A stretch of DNA of 63,570 nucleotides, the filler included, from Octopus bimaculoides (lineage: Eukaryota), in NCBI RefSeq assembly GCF_001194135.2. It is 6 parts of 6 records of this genome, joined end to end, with 100 filler letters (N's around TTAATTAATTAA, not from the genome) between each part and the next. Parts side by side here need not be neighbours in the genome. Positions count along the whole stretch, not along the records: positions 1 to 15,796 come from NC_068990.1; 5 more parts are not named here. The stretch is one strand, 5' to 3'. The notes under the pieces were generated by a model that was not told where the DNA came from, did no database searches, and saw nothing but the letters and a program-made list of their open reading frames with translations. The first letter of the stretch is position 1. The number at the start of each line of letters is the position of its first letter. The translations under genes and the position numbers were made by a program. Positions 1-11,500 of this stretch are shown in pieces.

Positions 1-189
1 TCGATCTCTGAAGCCAAATACGACGAATAGCTACGTTTGCAGGATATCTATGTAGTGAAATAACTTTGCTGTCTACATTCTTCCCTCTATAGTGGCTGCA
101 TATACAGCAGTATTTGCGTGATTTCTTCGGAGACACATTAACCGGTCAGTACAGTATGTGAGTCGTTAGTCTGCGGAAGTTAAAGCAAG

Positions 190-526
190 TCACTGAGCAT
201 GCGTACATGTCATACGGGAGAGTTCCAATCAGGGGTGGGTAACAACCTTATAGGAACCCATTATATATTACAATATGTATCACATTTTAGCAGTATCAGT
301 TTTAGTGAAATATATTTTCCTAATACTTCCACTCAATTAGCTACCATTAACCAACATATTTCTTAAATAACCACCATTATCGTCATTTAATGTTCAGTGT
401 TATCCTACTGTTACCTCTCATTCAATTCATAGTCATCAAAGAAACTGAGCGTTTGGACCTCACAAAATGGCAGCCTCAAATCGTAAAAAAACTGATTGTT
501 TGGACATTGCAAAATGACACGTAAGT
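190..526 (+). promoter_or_regulatory. Candidate promoter and first exon on the plus strand
   Basis: NRF1-like GAGCATGCGT at about 195-205, CCAAT at about 225, YY1-like AAAATGGCAGCC at 464-475 and a consensus donor GTAAGT at 521-526. Motif matches only. Confidence 0.3.
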
Positions 527-1389
527 CAGAAAAAAAAAAAACAATGTTTAGAATGTAAAAATGTCAGCTTAGTTGTAGGACGATTCTTCTTTGAAGGACA
601 GTCTTTGAATTATGCTTCGACCACCAATGGCTGAAGCGAGAAATCATAGTATGATTCATGATGGCGGATATAAATGAATCCAACATAGATTCTGCCAAAT
701 ATTCCATGATGTTGTAGAGACAATCAGGAATGTGGGAGATTAAATATTTTAAAATATAAAATTGTTTTGGGGAAGTACTATAAAATACCAGGTACATTAG
801 TTTAAATCAAGAGAAAATACAGTCGTTTTAAATTCAAAGCTAAATATTAGCAAAGGATTTGAGAAATGTGCACTTTTTATCAGACATAAATCAAATTTCG
901 GAATTCTTTAGTTTATGGTTGTGTCAGTACAAGTTTTAGTTAGATATTCAACATATAAAATAATACAATAATTTCAGAGTAGATCAGCTTTATTTAGAGC
1001 TTAGGTTTTTAAGAATATTTACAAAAAGTGATAAGATAATAACTTAAGAGAAAATATGGCGATATCATGTATGACAGACAAGTCCAGTTCATATTAGCAT
1101 GCAGAATGGACATTAAAAACATTGAAAAGGATAATATGAGGATGATTCACAAATGAAAATAATCTCACTATAAACGAAGAAAAATGTATTAGATGATATG
1201 ATCTTATAACAAAGTCATTTCCTTGATAGGTTACACATATGCATACCTTAAATGTAACATCAAAAACATTAAATAATGTACATAAGTCCCAGGAAAATCT
1301 ATATAAGGTATATATTCTATTATAACATGATTTTTTTTGTCATGATTCATATAAGTATTTCTAAGATAATAACTTCACATTGATACAAT

Positions 1390-1790
1390 CTTTGACACCT
1401 AAGAATATCTTTCTCAGCTTTTTACCCACCATGTCAAATAATAGCACATTTTCTCCCTTAGGGAAATATGTTAGATGGAATACAATGAGTCCTCCTAAAA
1501 TAATGTCTTTATTAAAAACATCACAGTCATCAAATTATCTGATCAATGTAGATACAATTGTGGCTATACATATACATATATATAATATAGTGTTGGAAGA
1601 TTGTTACCACACTATTATTTCATATGTGATTACTTTTATGGTTATATTTTCTGGGATGAATTTTCACATTTGTTACAATTACACTCCTCAATGAATGCAT
1701 AAACTACTTTGAGAAAAACTTTGAACTGCTGATATCATATTGATATACTTTCTGTCTTGTATGAATGCTTCATCTTCATAATTTTTTACA
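1390..1790 (-). pseudogene. Highly decayed C2H2 finger remnants downstream of the ZNF stop codon
   Basis: Minus-strand translations such as HTRQKVYQYDISSSKFFS (about 1700-1765) and CDVFNK...FH...KGENVLLFDMVGKK (about 1415-1530) echo [16 protein letters not shown]. Confidence 0.35.
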
Positions 1791-1923
1791 TCTGCTTTTC
1801 CATGGCATCAGTACTAGAGAAGTTATATTGTCCCCAGCAGTACCAATGAGTTTGCCTTACTGTACATTGTGTTTATTTGCCAATGACTTTACAGAATACA
1901 TTTAAAAGTAGTTGATTCATTTG

Positions 1924-3519
1924 TTACAGAGATTGACTTACCCCAGATATCAATGAGATAACTTGCTTTCTTTTTTGTGCATGAATATGTTTGTGTTTAG
2001 ATAAGAACCTTCCTTCAGAGAATGATTTACCACAACTATCACAATGATATGGTTTCTCTCCTGTGTGAATACGTTTGTGTTTAGTTACATCACTATTTTG
2101 GTAGAATGATTTACCACAAATATCACAGTGATATGGTTTCTCACCAGTGTGAATACGTCTGTGAATAGTTAAATGACTGGTTTGGGAGAACGATTTACCA
2201 CACACACCACAGTTATAGGGCTTCTCTCCTGTGTGAATACGTTTGTGAGTAGTTAAGTGACCTGCTTGAGAGAATGAAATACCACAGATATCACAGTGAA
2301 ATGGCTTCTCTCCTGTATGTATATGTCTGTGTTTAGATAAGTAACTTTTTGCAGAGAATGATTTACCACAGATATCACAGTGATAGGGTTTCTCTCCAGT
2401 ATGAATATGTTTATGACAGGTTAAGTAACTTGGTTCAGAGAATAATTTACCACAGATATCACATTGATATGGTTGCTTTTTTGTTTGGCTGTGTTCCACT
2501 CCAGTATGAATACGTCTGTTGTGAGTTGTTAATTCACTTGTCTGAGAAAATGATTTGCCACAAATATTACAGTGATATGGTTTTTCCCCTGTATGAATAC
2601 GTTTATGAGTGGTAATGTAACTTCTTTCAGAGAATGATTTACCACAGATATCGCAATGATATGGCTTCTCCCCTGTATGACTACGTCTGTGAGTTGTTAA
2701 GTGAACTCTTTGAAAGAATGACTTACCACAGATATCACAGTGATATGGCTTCTGTCCTGTATGAATATATTTGTGTTTGGTTAAGTTACCTCCATCAGAG
2801 AATGATTTGCCACACATATCACAGTGATATGGCTTCTCTCCTGTATGAATGTATTTGTGTTTATTTAATTTAGTCCCTACAGAGAATGATTTACCACAAA
2901 TATCACAGTGATATGGTTTCTCTCCCGTATGAATACGTCGGTGAGCAGTTAAATGACTCCTTGTAAAGTATGATTTACCACAGATATCACAGTGATGTGG
3001 TTTTTCACCTGTATGAATACGTTTGTGAGTGGCAGACTGACTTCTAGCAGAGAATGATTTACCGCATATGTCACACTGATATGGTTTCTCTCCTGTATGA
3101 ATGCGTTTGTGAGTAGTTAAGGCACTTTCTTGAGAGAATGACTTACCACAGATATCACACAGATATGGTTCTTCCCCTGTATGAATACGTTTGTGATTAG
3201 TTAAGGTAATTCCATGAGAGAATAATTTACCACAAATATCACAGCGATATGGTTTCTCTCCAGTATGAATGCGTTTGTGGGTAGTTAAGGAACTTTCTTG
3301 AGAAAATGACTTATGACAGATATAGCAATTATATGGTTTCTCACCTGTATGAACACGCTTGTGAGTAGTCAAGTTGCCTTTTCGAGAGAATGATTTATTA
3401 CAGATAATACAGTAGTGTGATGTTTTTTCTTTCTTTTTCAGCATCATCTCATCAGGAAAATCAATCATTTTAGTTGGTGTTATACATTTAATCTGGTTCT
3501 CACATAATTCATTTTCCAT
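1924..3519 (-). CDS. Tandem C2H2 zinc-finger protein, 531 aa, 17 fingers, no recognisable KRAB/SCAN/BTB domain
   Basis: Intact ORF with 17 CxxC-x12-Hxxx(x)H units joined mostly by TGEKPY linkers. An in-frame TGA at 3547-3549 upstream supports ATG 3519 as the start. Confidence 0.96.
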   Translation of the reverse strand: MENELCENQIKCITPTKMIDFPDEMMLKKKEKTSHYCIICNKSFSRKGNLTTHKRVHTGEKPYNCYICHKSFSQESSLTTHKRIHTGEKPYRCDICGKLFSHGITLTNHKRIHTGEEPYLCDICGKSFSQESALTTHKRIHTGEKPYQCDICGKSFSARSQSATHKRIHTGEKPHHCDICGKSYFTRSHLTAHRRIHTGEKPYHCDICGKSFSVGTKLNKHKYIHTGEKPYHCDMCGKSFSDGGNLTKHKYIHTGQKPYHCDICGKSFFQRVHLTTHRRSHTGEKPYHCDICGKSFSERSYITTHKRIHTGEKPYHCNICGKSFSQTSELTTHNRRIHTGVEHSQTKKQPYQCDICGKLFSEPSYLTCHKHIHTGEKPYHCDICGKSFSAKSYLSKHRHIHTGEKPFHCDICGISFSQAGHLTTHKRIHTGEKPYNCGVCGKSFSQTSHLTIHRRIHTGEKPYHCDICGKSFYQNSDVTKHKRIHTGEKPYHCDSCGKSFSEGRFLSKHKHIHAQKRKQVISLISGVSQSL

Positions 3520-3845
3520 AGTTCTTCTCTCATCATGATATATTTTTCATTGTTTCCTAACAAATATGAGCACTGCTATATTTCCATAAACTGAGATCTT
3601 TGTCAATATTTGAAGATGCCGTAAACTCCTTTGTAAATTTAACCAAGTTTAATTAAAATGCAAAGTTATCCTGTATTCATTCCAGATAATAATTTAACCA
3701 TAGATTTATATAAAGAGAGTTATATCTGCTTTGTATAACATCATCCTTTAGTCTTTAAAAAATGATAAATATTGATGATGATGCACTTGCAGTAAAAAAA
3801 TTCTGTTATACCAAAATCATCTGATATTCTGAAATAATAGAGAAA
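3520..3845 (-). other. Splice acceptor and 5'UTR part of the ZNF coding exon (exon starts about 3828)
   Basis: Minus strand reads TTTCTCTATTATTTCAG| with the AG at 3830-3829, about 310 nt upstream of the ATG. Confidence 0.6.
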
Positions 3846-4180
3846 CATTTCAAGATGTAGAGGATACTTAAATAGAGATTCAGCAGTGAAAATTCTACTA
3901 CATTTCTAAATTGATCTAAACCTATAAGCATCTGTTTCAAATGCGAGATATATGTGCTTCACAGGATATTCCTAGGGGGCTAAGCAAGAACTTGTCAATG
4001 ACACTCTTATGGATATGCTGACATGGATATACTTAGGTTGACAGTCCAACAAAAAGTAAATTGACCAGCCTGTGCTGGATGGTGCATTGCTGACCAACCA
4101 AACGTTATGTAGAATTGTGACTGAGGGAGACTACCTCAAGCCAGCTCAACTACATGATGATAAAGGGAAGATACTTTTAC

Positions 4181-4275
4181 CTGAACAACTTGACTTTACG
4201 TTTTGATTTGTCTTTTCAATTATATCATACAAGCTATAAATATGTAGACTTGTGTGAAGTCTACATATTTATAGA
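4181..4275 (-). other. Candidate non-coding upstream exon of the ZNF gene
   Basis: Minus-strand acceptor GTAGCTTTTTAG| at about 4276 and donor CAG|GTAAAA at 4181/4180. Confidence 0.3.
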
Positions 4276-5430
4276 CTAAAAAGCTACACCAGATTGAGAA
4301 ACATGTTAAAATATAAAACATTATCCTTTCTTCAGAGACATCATTTATTATTGCTTAGTTGTTGTTATTCAACCCTGGGTCAGCCCAGACTGAGAAGGCC
4401 TATGATCAATCAACATCACTTGGAAACCCCAGCCAAGATAAAACTCATGATCCTGCATAACCATACCAAGGTCTTGCATGTCACATCCTAAATCTCAAGT
4501 GTTGGCACTTTGTTAGGAGAGCTTTGCAACATTCCCCATAACTGACCAAGAGTGCCAAAAGACAAATGAAGAGGCCAGCTCATCTTTTGCACTAAAGATG
4601 TGTCCAGCAAATTGTAGTCCATGTTCTTTTGCTGTTTGTCAGGTAAGTGGTAAAGTCCTATACAAGTGTTTTAGTCTTGGATGTGTTTTCTCCTCAAGAT
4701 ATTGTACACTGTGTAGAAGTCAAATATAACAACCATATAATTACTTATGAAGCCTTAGAACAAGTGTCCAAGTCTCTGAGCACACACAAAAGAACTGGCT
4801 CAATGAGAGCAAGTAAGATAAGGATTTTAGAGGTTTGACTTAAATCAGAGGTTCTAACATTGAAAATGAACACACCCTGAACCATAACATCTCAGCAATC
4901 ATATAAAAAGACTTTAATTTTGTAATGTACCTCTTGATATTTGTAGTGACTTTATATACTATATTTCTCTAGCAAATTGGAGAAAGTCACAAATAATTCC
5001 GCTTCCAAAGAAAGATGATTGCATACTGTCAAGTACTAAGTGTCATCAGATATTTTTATTTTTTGTTGCTGTTAGACCATATGACAAGCTGATTTAAAAT
5101 CATCTCTTGCCCACTATTGAAGTGATTCTAAAAAAAAAAAAAAAATCAAATGGATTTCCACCCTGACAGGTCATCCATCAGTCATTGAAGAAATAACTCT
5201 TTGGAGTTTATGAATAGTGTTAATTTTTGTGAATTTAAAAAAAGCTTCCTGTTTTGCTCAGAGAGGGGAAAATGCGTGAGATATTACAAGTGTATATCAT
5301 ACCTCAACAATTTCAAGAAGCTGTTTTCAAAGTTTATATTTGAAAATTGAGAATAAAAAAAAAAATTAGTACAAAAATAACTGAAGTGAAATATGACAGA
5401 ACCACAATGTGATGGGGCTGTGTTTCACTG

Positions 5431-5649
5431 GCCGTAGCCAGTTCCGCCTGACTGGCCTTCGTGCGGGTGACACGTAAAAGCACCCACTACACTCCCTGAG
5501 TGGTTGGCATTAGGAAGGGCATCCAGCTGTAGAAACTCTGCCAAATCAGATTGGAGCCTGGTGTTGCCATCCGGTTTCACCAGTCCTCAGTCAAATCGTC
5601 CAACCCATGCTAGCATGGAAAGCGGACGTTAAACGATGATGATGATGAT
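5431..5649 (+). mobile_element. 5'-truncated RTE-clade LINE 3' end (family A) with (GAT)n tail
   Basis: GTTAGGAAGGGCATCCAGCTGTAGAAACTCTGCCAAATCAGATTGGAGCC...GGACGTTAAACGATGATGATG. Same sequence as the 3'UTR of the RTE copy at 20620-21741. Confidence 0.85.
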
Positions 5650-6596
5650 GGACTCATTAAATTAAATTTTTAGGTGATTAATCTGGGGTTGTAAAAGAAA
5701 AGAAGATAAAGTATATATTTTACACCTGCTGTGAATGTAAATATGAAAGATACATGTACACATATTTTTCATCAACCGATACAATATAAAATGTTTGCTC
5801 ATTATTACTGCCCATGCCACGCATAGAATTTCTTGTGATTTCCAGGAACTTTTTGAAATATTTGGTGAACCAAGAAAACTAGAGAAAAAAAAATCAGAAC
5901 AGAGGATAAAAATAAAAGATATTGGTGACGGTGACGCTGTAGTATGATGGTGAGAGGGAGTACTATGCTAAGAGAAGTAAAGTTGAGCTAGGAGGAAAGA
6001 ATGAACAGGTGGAAGGAGGAGGTGATACTTGGGGGAGGGGTGTAGCAGTTTATCAATGGGAAAACCAAGGGCTAAGGGTGAAAGATGGTAGAGTAGAGCA
6101 ATGGAGAGAAAACCGTGGAGAATTGACAGAATAGAAAATTGAAAAATGAGGAAAGAAAAATGGGGAAAAAATATATTAAAAAAAAAGTTTAAAAAACATT
6201 TTTTTAGATATTAAAAAATATATTATAAAATATAAATAAAAAAAATTATATGAACAGTGGAGAGGTCTTTGGAAATCCTCATTTGAGAAAATCCAGAAAG
6301 TCTTTTTTATTTTATTTTTGAATTTCCAAAATTCAAAGGTTAAAAGCTTCAGAAGTTTCAAAAGTTTAAAAGGTCTAGTGGTAGGTAGATAAATAGATAG
6401 ATAGATAGATTTAGCAGTTTTTGAGAGGTAGATTAGATAACTAGATAGATGGGCAGATAGATAGATAGATTTAGCAGCTTTTGAGAGGTAGATAACTAGA
6501 TATATGGGTAGATAGACAGATAGATAGATAGAGGGGATCTACTGTTGGCATGTGGTCTGTGTGTAGCCTTGTTACTAGTTTTAGGGTTAGTGGGTC

Positions 6597-6635
6597 AAGT
6601 GAGTGCTTTCAGATCTAGAATCCTTCATCAGACTC
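6597..6635 (-). ncRNA. Minimal type I hammerhead ribozyme motif in the pLTR
   Basis: Minus strand GAGT-CTGATGA-A-GGAT(TCTAG)ATCT-GAAA-GCACTC-ACTT gives the core boxes, stem II, a short stem III and a stem I pairing GAGT/ACTT. Confidence 0.6.
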
Positions 6636-6715
6636 TACACTTTATATGGTTTTTACTGCTGGCGTTGGTTAGAGGTACCGGAGGCAGTAAATAAATTTCC
6701 AACTGTCAAGTTCGT

Positions 6716-6985
6716 TCAGGTGGTTGAGGCTGGTGCCTTCTTCCAGATGAAATGAGCCTCCTTTATTTGGAGGTTAACTGCATCTGTTCCCCTGGCCAGT
6801 ATCCGGGTGGAGAATTCTCCATTGCAGTGTTGATGGTGTTGGAATACGGCACTGGGAGTTGTGGCCTTGTGAAGATGTTCTTTCACTCTGACATGAAGCT
6901 GTCGTTTGGTCAATTCAATATATTTATCCCTGCAAGTACAGGCAATTTCAAATATGACAAACATTTGAAAACATAGCCTGGTACT
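6716..6985 (-). pseudogene. GIY-YIG endonuclease domain remnant (Penelope-like)
   Basis: VIFEIACTCRDKYIELTKRQLHVRVKEH...LQIKEAHFIWK matches the pattern VYxIxC-C-xxYIGxTxRxLxxRxxEH...xEAxxI. Confidence 0.8.
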
Positions 6986-8602
6986 GTCTGTTGGCTGTTT
7001 GGCTTTGATGGGGCATTGGTTCAGACAGCATGTGTTCTGTACGTTGTTGTTGTGGGAGAGATAGTGTCTGAGGGTGTGGCCTTGCCTCATGATTCTGACA
7101 GAGATGAAGGATTATAGATCCAAAAGCACTCACTTAGCCCACTAATCATAGAACTAGCAATCAGGTTACACAAAGACCACATGCCAACAGTAGGTCTCCT
7201 CCCTCTGTCAATCTATCTATCTACTTATCTAATCTACCTCTCAAAAACTGCTAAATCTGTCTCTTTAAACTTTTAAACTTTTGAAACTTCTGAACCTTTG
7301 AATTTTAGAAATTAAAAAAAAAAAAACTTTCTGGATTTTCTTGAACAAGGATTTCCAAAGATCTCCCCACTGTTCACATAATTTCTTTTCTTATATATTT
7401 TTTTAATATTTAAAAAAATGAAAAAACTTGTTAATATTTTTTCTCGTTTTTCTTTCTTCATTTTTCAATTTTTCTATTTTGTCACTTCTCCATGGTTTTT
7501 TCTCTATTGTTCTACTCTACCATCTTTCACCCTTAGCCCTTGGTTTCCTTATCGATAAACCGCTACACCCCTCTCCCAAGTATCACTTCCTCCTTCTACG
7601 TGTTCATTCTTTCCTCCTAGCTCAGCTTTACTTCTCTTCACATAGCATCCCCTCTCACCATCCTGCTATGGTGTCACATCTCTCTGTACTAGAGGGTAAA
7701 ATATTCTTTTAAAAATAAAATAGGTAATGGGTAGTTACATTGATATTTTCAGGTTATTACATTGATATCTTTGTAGTTATTGTTCTGGTATTTCATTACA
7801 ACCTTGTAATGCTAGCTGAAAATAAGCACAAAGTTCCAAATATTGTGATGAATGCAGTTTACTCAACATCAGTTTGTGATACATACGGCATTTACTAATA
7901 TCATATACTAATGTTGACTGTTTTTAATTATATCTTAGCTATTATATAAATAATTGTTTACAAAGGAAATATCTTATTTTTGAATTTAGTCTTCTTTGAA
8001 GGTTCCACTAAAAATGGAGCAGGAAATTAAAGGTCTACAGAAAATCCATTTGTTCTAAATATAATGACACAAACATTTGATAAATTATAAGATATTACTT
8101 TCTGGACACTATTAACTTTTGGGGGCCCCAAGTTTTTCTTTTTAAAGTTTTATTATTTATAATACTGTTAATTCTAATGACTTTTGTTTCATCAAACTAC
8201 CTTGATTTACTTACAATTTTGCGAAATTTAATGACTCACATGAATCAGTATCCGACTTGATTTAATTCTTACATTCCTCTTAAATAACATCAAAAAACAT
8301 TCATTCAAGCAATATTCTCTCTCTCTCATGTGTGCGTGCGTGTGTGTATGGCCACAATACTGTTATAAATCAGCTGTTGGTCTCAAACGAAACTTTGCTC
8401 ATTTGACATTGCCCATTTTAATTTTAGATGTGTTTAGTAAGAATGGATCTGATGAATTTGACACAACTTCATTTAATTGATTTATTAAGGGAGCATCGTA
8501 AACATTTATTATTATAAATAGCCAATCCACAAATCTCCATTCATAAATTTTTCTTTCGAAACTTTCAAACAGTTTTGTTTACTTTTCGAAATGAGTTGTC
8601 AA

Positions 8603-8781
8603 GGTACTACTAAAGCAGCACGGTCCCGAACGCGCTAGCTAGTCGTGAGTGGTCGATCCTAACCCTAAACACGTATTCATTTGCACACGCGGGTTAGGGT
8701 TAGGGTTAGGATCGACCACTCAAAACTAACTAGTGCGGACGCGCAACTGCACGTTCGGGACCGTGCTGCTTTAGTAGTACC
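8603..8781. mobile_element. Palindromic MITE with internal telomeric repeats and a 9-bp TSD (Mutator-like)
   Basis: 30-bp perfect TIR GGTACTACTAAAGCAGCACGGTCCCGAACG continuing as imperfect inverted arms. TSD AGTTGTCAA at 8594-8602 and 8782-8790. CCTAACCCTAA on the left, (TTAGGG)n on the right. Confidence 0.85.
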
Positions 8782-8894
8782 AGTTGTCAATTTGCAAGCA
8801 TCACTTTTTTTCTTTTTTAAATAAATATTTTATTTTCTACAACGCTACCTTTATAATTAAACCGTTGAAAAAAATGAAAACAGAAATCTTTAAA

Positions 8895-9095
8895 TATTGT
8901 TTCTAATTTCGGCAGAATCCATCAATTTTAAGGGAAAAACTAGTTGATTATATCGATCCCAATACTTGACAGGCACTTTATTTTATGGATCCCGAAGAGA
9001 TGAAAGACAAAATTGATTTCTGCGGGATATTGAGCTCTGAACGAAAGAGCCGAAACATATGCAGCAAAACATTTTGTACGATGCTCTAACAACCC
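8895..9095 (-). mobile_element. Diverged tRNA-derived SINE (family C)
   Basis: Degenerate match to ATCGACCCC...GGATGAAAGGCAAAGTCGACC...GAACTCAGAACG seen in other copies. Confidence 0.6.
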
Positions 9096-9479
9096 TTTTA
9101 ATCCATAACAGTCTCAGAATTTTAGAATAACAAACTTACTGCTAAGCATTTATTTATTCATTTAAGTCATTCAAGATAGTCCAAATTATTTTTGTACATC
9201 TAATATTGTTTTCGTTTCATATGAATCGAAAGATCGCCTCTTTTGAAATTGTCAGTAAATAACATTATTTTTTTTTTTGCCATTTCAATAACGAAATAAT
9301 AATAATAATAAAAAAGGTAATCCTTCGTTTTAAGCACCCAAGAAGTGAAAGATAATCAACCCAGCAATAACATGAAACCGAATTCTGAAATAGTTACTTA
9401 TACCAGTTAGCTATTACTTCTGTACTGACATTGAGCTGCTCCATATCAACAAATTGTTTGTAGTGAACTGACTGCAGTC

Positions 9480-10140
9480 TACTAAGCAATAAGCAATACA
9501 AAGAGCTCTAACTGGAATACGAGACCAGAGAAGAAAGGATCTTGTCCTCTGCTTCGATGTCTGCAGCACACAGCTGAATTATCAATCCCACCGACGCAAG
9601 AAACTTAAACGTTAATTTCAGTATTAATAGTCACCAAACAAATATTCCCTAGAGAGTAATTCCTTTCAATCAGATCATCAGTGTTAATTATATCCCCTAT
9701 TCAAAACAAAGCCTTGCCGTTTGAAAGGTTAAGCCTAAGTTTGGATGATATTCTATCAGTTTAAATTACTGGCTAAAGATTTTTGCCAAGTTTTTTTCTT
9801 TCACTTTTTGAATTTTTAAAATGAATAATACCCCCAAAAAATATTTGGCACCACAAATGTCAGTAGTTCCAACGAAAGTCTACATTAAGACATTCTATTT
9901 TCATTAATGATTGTTTTCGGTCTTAAATACTTACAGAAATCCTTTACAGAGGTTAAAATTGTGGCTGCAGAGAAATGTTTTAGACAAATTATTACAGTCT
10001 CTGGATGTAAAGAAATATTTTATACAAGATACAACGGCAATCACAATATTTAATGTTGCGATTCAGCCGTCAGCAAGAATTAATAAAGTGACGAATTTTT
10101 TAAAAACCGACACGGAAAAACGAAACGAACTAATGTGAAT
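9480..10140 (+). pseudogene. Decayed hAT transposase fragments
   Basis: GCAGCACACAGC-TGAAT resembles the CAAHSLNL motif (about 9560). IVAAEKCF at about 9955-9980 and the following frames resemble the hAT C-terminal dimerisation domain. Confidence 0.35.
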
Positions 10141-10479
10141 CTCATTTCTCATATCTTCAAATGAAGACATACAGTAAATATAATTTCAATACNNNNNNNN
10201 NNNNNNNNNNNNNNNNNNNNNNNNNNNNNNNNNNNNATACATTTTAATAATGAATTAAAATTTTTATATGTTTTGTTTTTGAATTTGAAGTAATTCTTTG
10301 ATGTGAATTTGAAATAAAATATTCGGGAAATTTCATAATTTATAAATTTGACCTAATTTTTTTTTATCAATGGAACATTTTAGTAGCACATTTATATGCA
10401 AAGAAACTGAAAAGAAGGGAGATGAGAAAAGAAAAGAAAGAGAAAAAGGAAAAAGGTGGTAGGGGTAATGCAGTGGAAG

Positions 10480-11500
10480 ATGGAAGGGGAGGGGCAATGG
10501 GTCACATATCCCAGAACAAGCGGGGGTGCTCAGCCGTGTCCCGCGGTAATGACTGTTATGGCGTTACAGTGGAGAATGGCCAGCAACACTCACTGCTACA
10601 ACCACTCCAACTTGAGAGACTCGTTTCTACGACGGGTCGCCGTTATCCCTATTTTGTGGAGGAAATCGGTATTAATGGGTTCCAGAACACCTGACATTTC
10701 AACGACGACCAGTGCAAACTGATAGCGGCCGGTCAGGCTCCTGTATCTATTGATCTTTCTCTACTCCGCATTATGTTCAATATTGATAAGCGGAAAAAAG
10801 GTTTCTTGATGTCTGCAAAGCAACACTTCATCACCAACAAGTATCAGCAACTGAAAGCCTCTGAAAGTGTGGTCACTGTTTGTCAGACTCGCTTTTTCGC
10901 AGCTTGTCTTTTTGACAGAGCTGCTCTCCTGGATCAAGCGTAGACCGAAACACGGCCTATAACACAGTGACATCAGGTGCTCACAACCGTTTGCTAGTCA
11001 AACAATACCTGTCGGTAGAAGTACCACTTTGGCGTTCCATAGACGTTTAGTGACAGACAGGAGCGACGACGTTCTGGGAGACACTCTACGCGTCAATGAG
11101 TTAACTGGTTGGTCTGGAGAACTGTCAAACCGAGATCAATGGATAATTTTCAGAAATCTCTGGTCTGACAGTGCTACCGAAGGGAATTGTTGGTGCGAGG
11201 TAAACTCTACTGGCATGGAAATTCCGGGCCTGTCTGTGATGCACGCTGAACCTGTCCAGTGCCCTATCATGGCTAACCTGTAGAATTATGTGGAATACCT
11301 GAGGTCACGAATAAGATGGAGCCGATCACCTTCTTTTAACCGGGAAAGACAGTGTGTCTGGTGGGCTTAGCAAAAAACAGATTGTGTAGTGAACGAGATA
11401 GAAAGGACAGAAGACTGACAATTTCCCTTGTTTAGTACAAGGGAAACAATCAATACCACAGGCCTTGACTGATTGCTTCCCTTGGTTTATGCAATCCTCT
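10480..11500 (+). mobile_element. Tx1/L1-clade LINE ORF2 C-terminal remnant
   Basis: TLAFHRRLV...DDVLGDTL...MDNFQKSLV*QCYRRELLVRGKLYWHG...VQCPIMANL is homologous to the minus-strand copy at 45421-45800. Confidence 0.7.

Larger units (their letters stand above)
5930..7680 (-). mobile_element. Penelope-like element remnant: GIY-YIG end plus pLTR, with a second pLTR in inverted orientation
   Basis: About 5930-6635 is the diverged reverse complement of about 7100-7680. The arms enclose a minus-strand GIY-YIG-like frame, and each arm carries a hammerhead-type motif. Confidence 0.8.

Noticed and set aside
564-1694. Short ORFs 564-797 and 1380-1694
   Set aside because: No recognisable domain, AT-rich composition and no supporting splice context.
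2349-2873. Plus-strand ORFs within the ZNF gene
   Set aside because: Antisense shadows of the repetitive finger codons.
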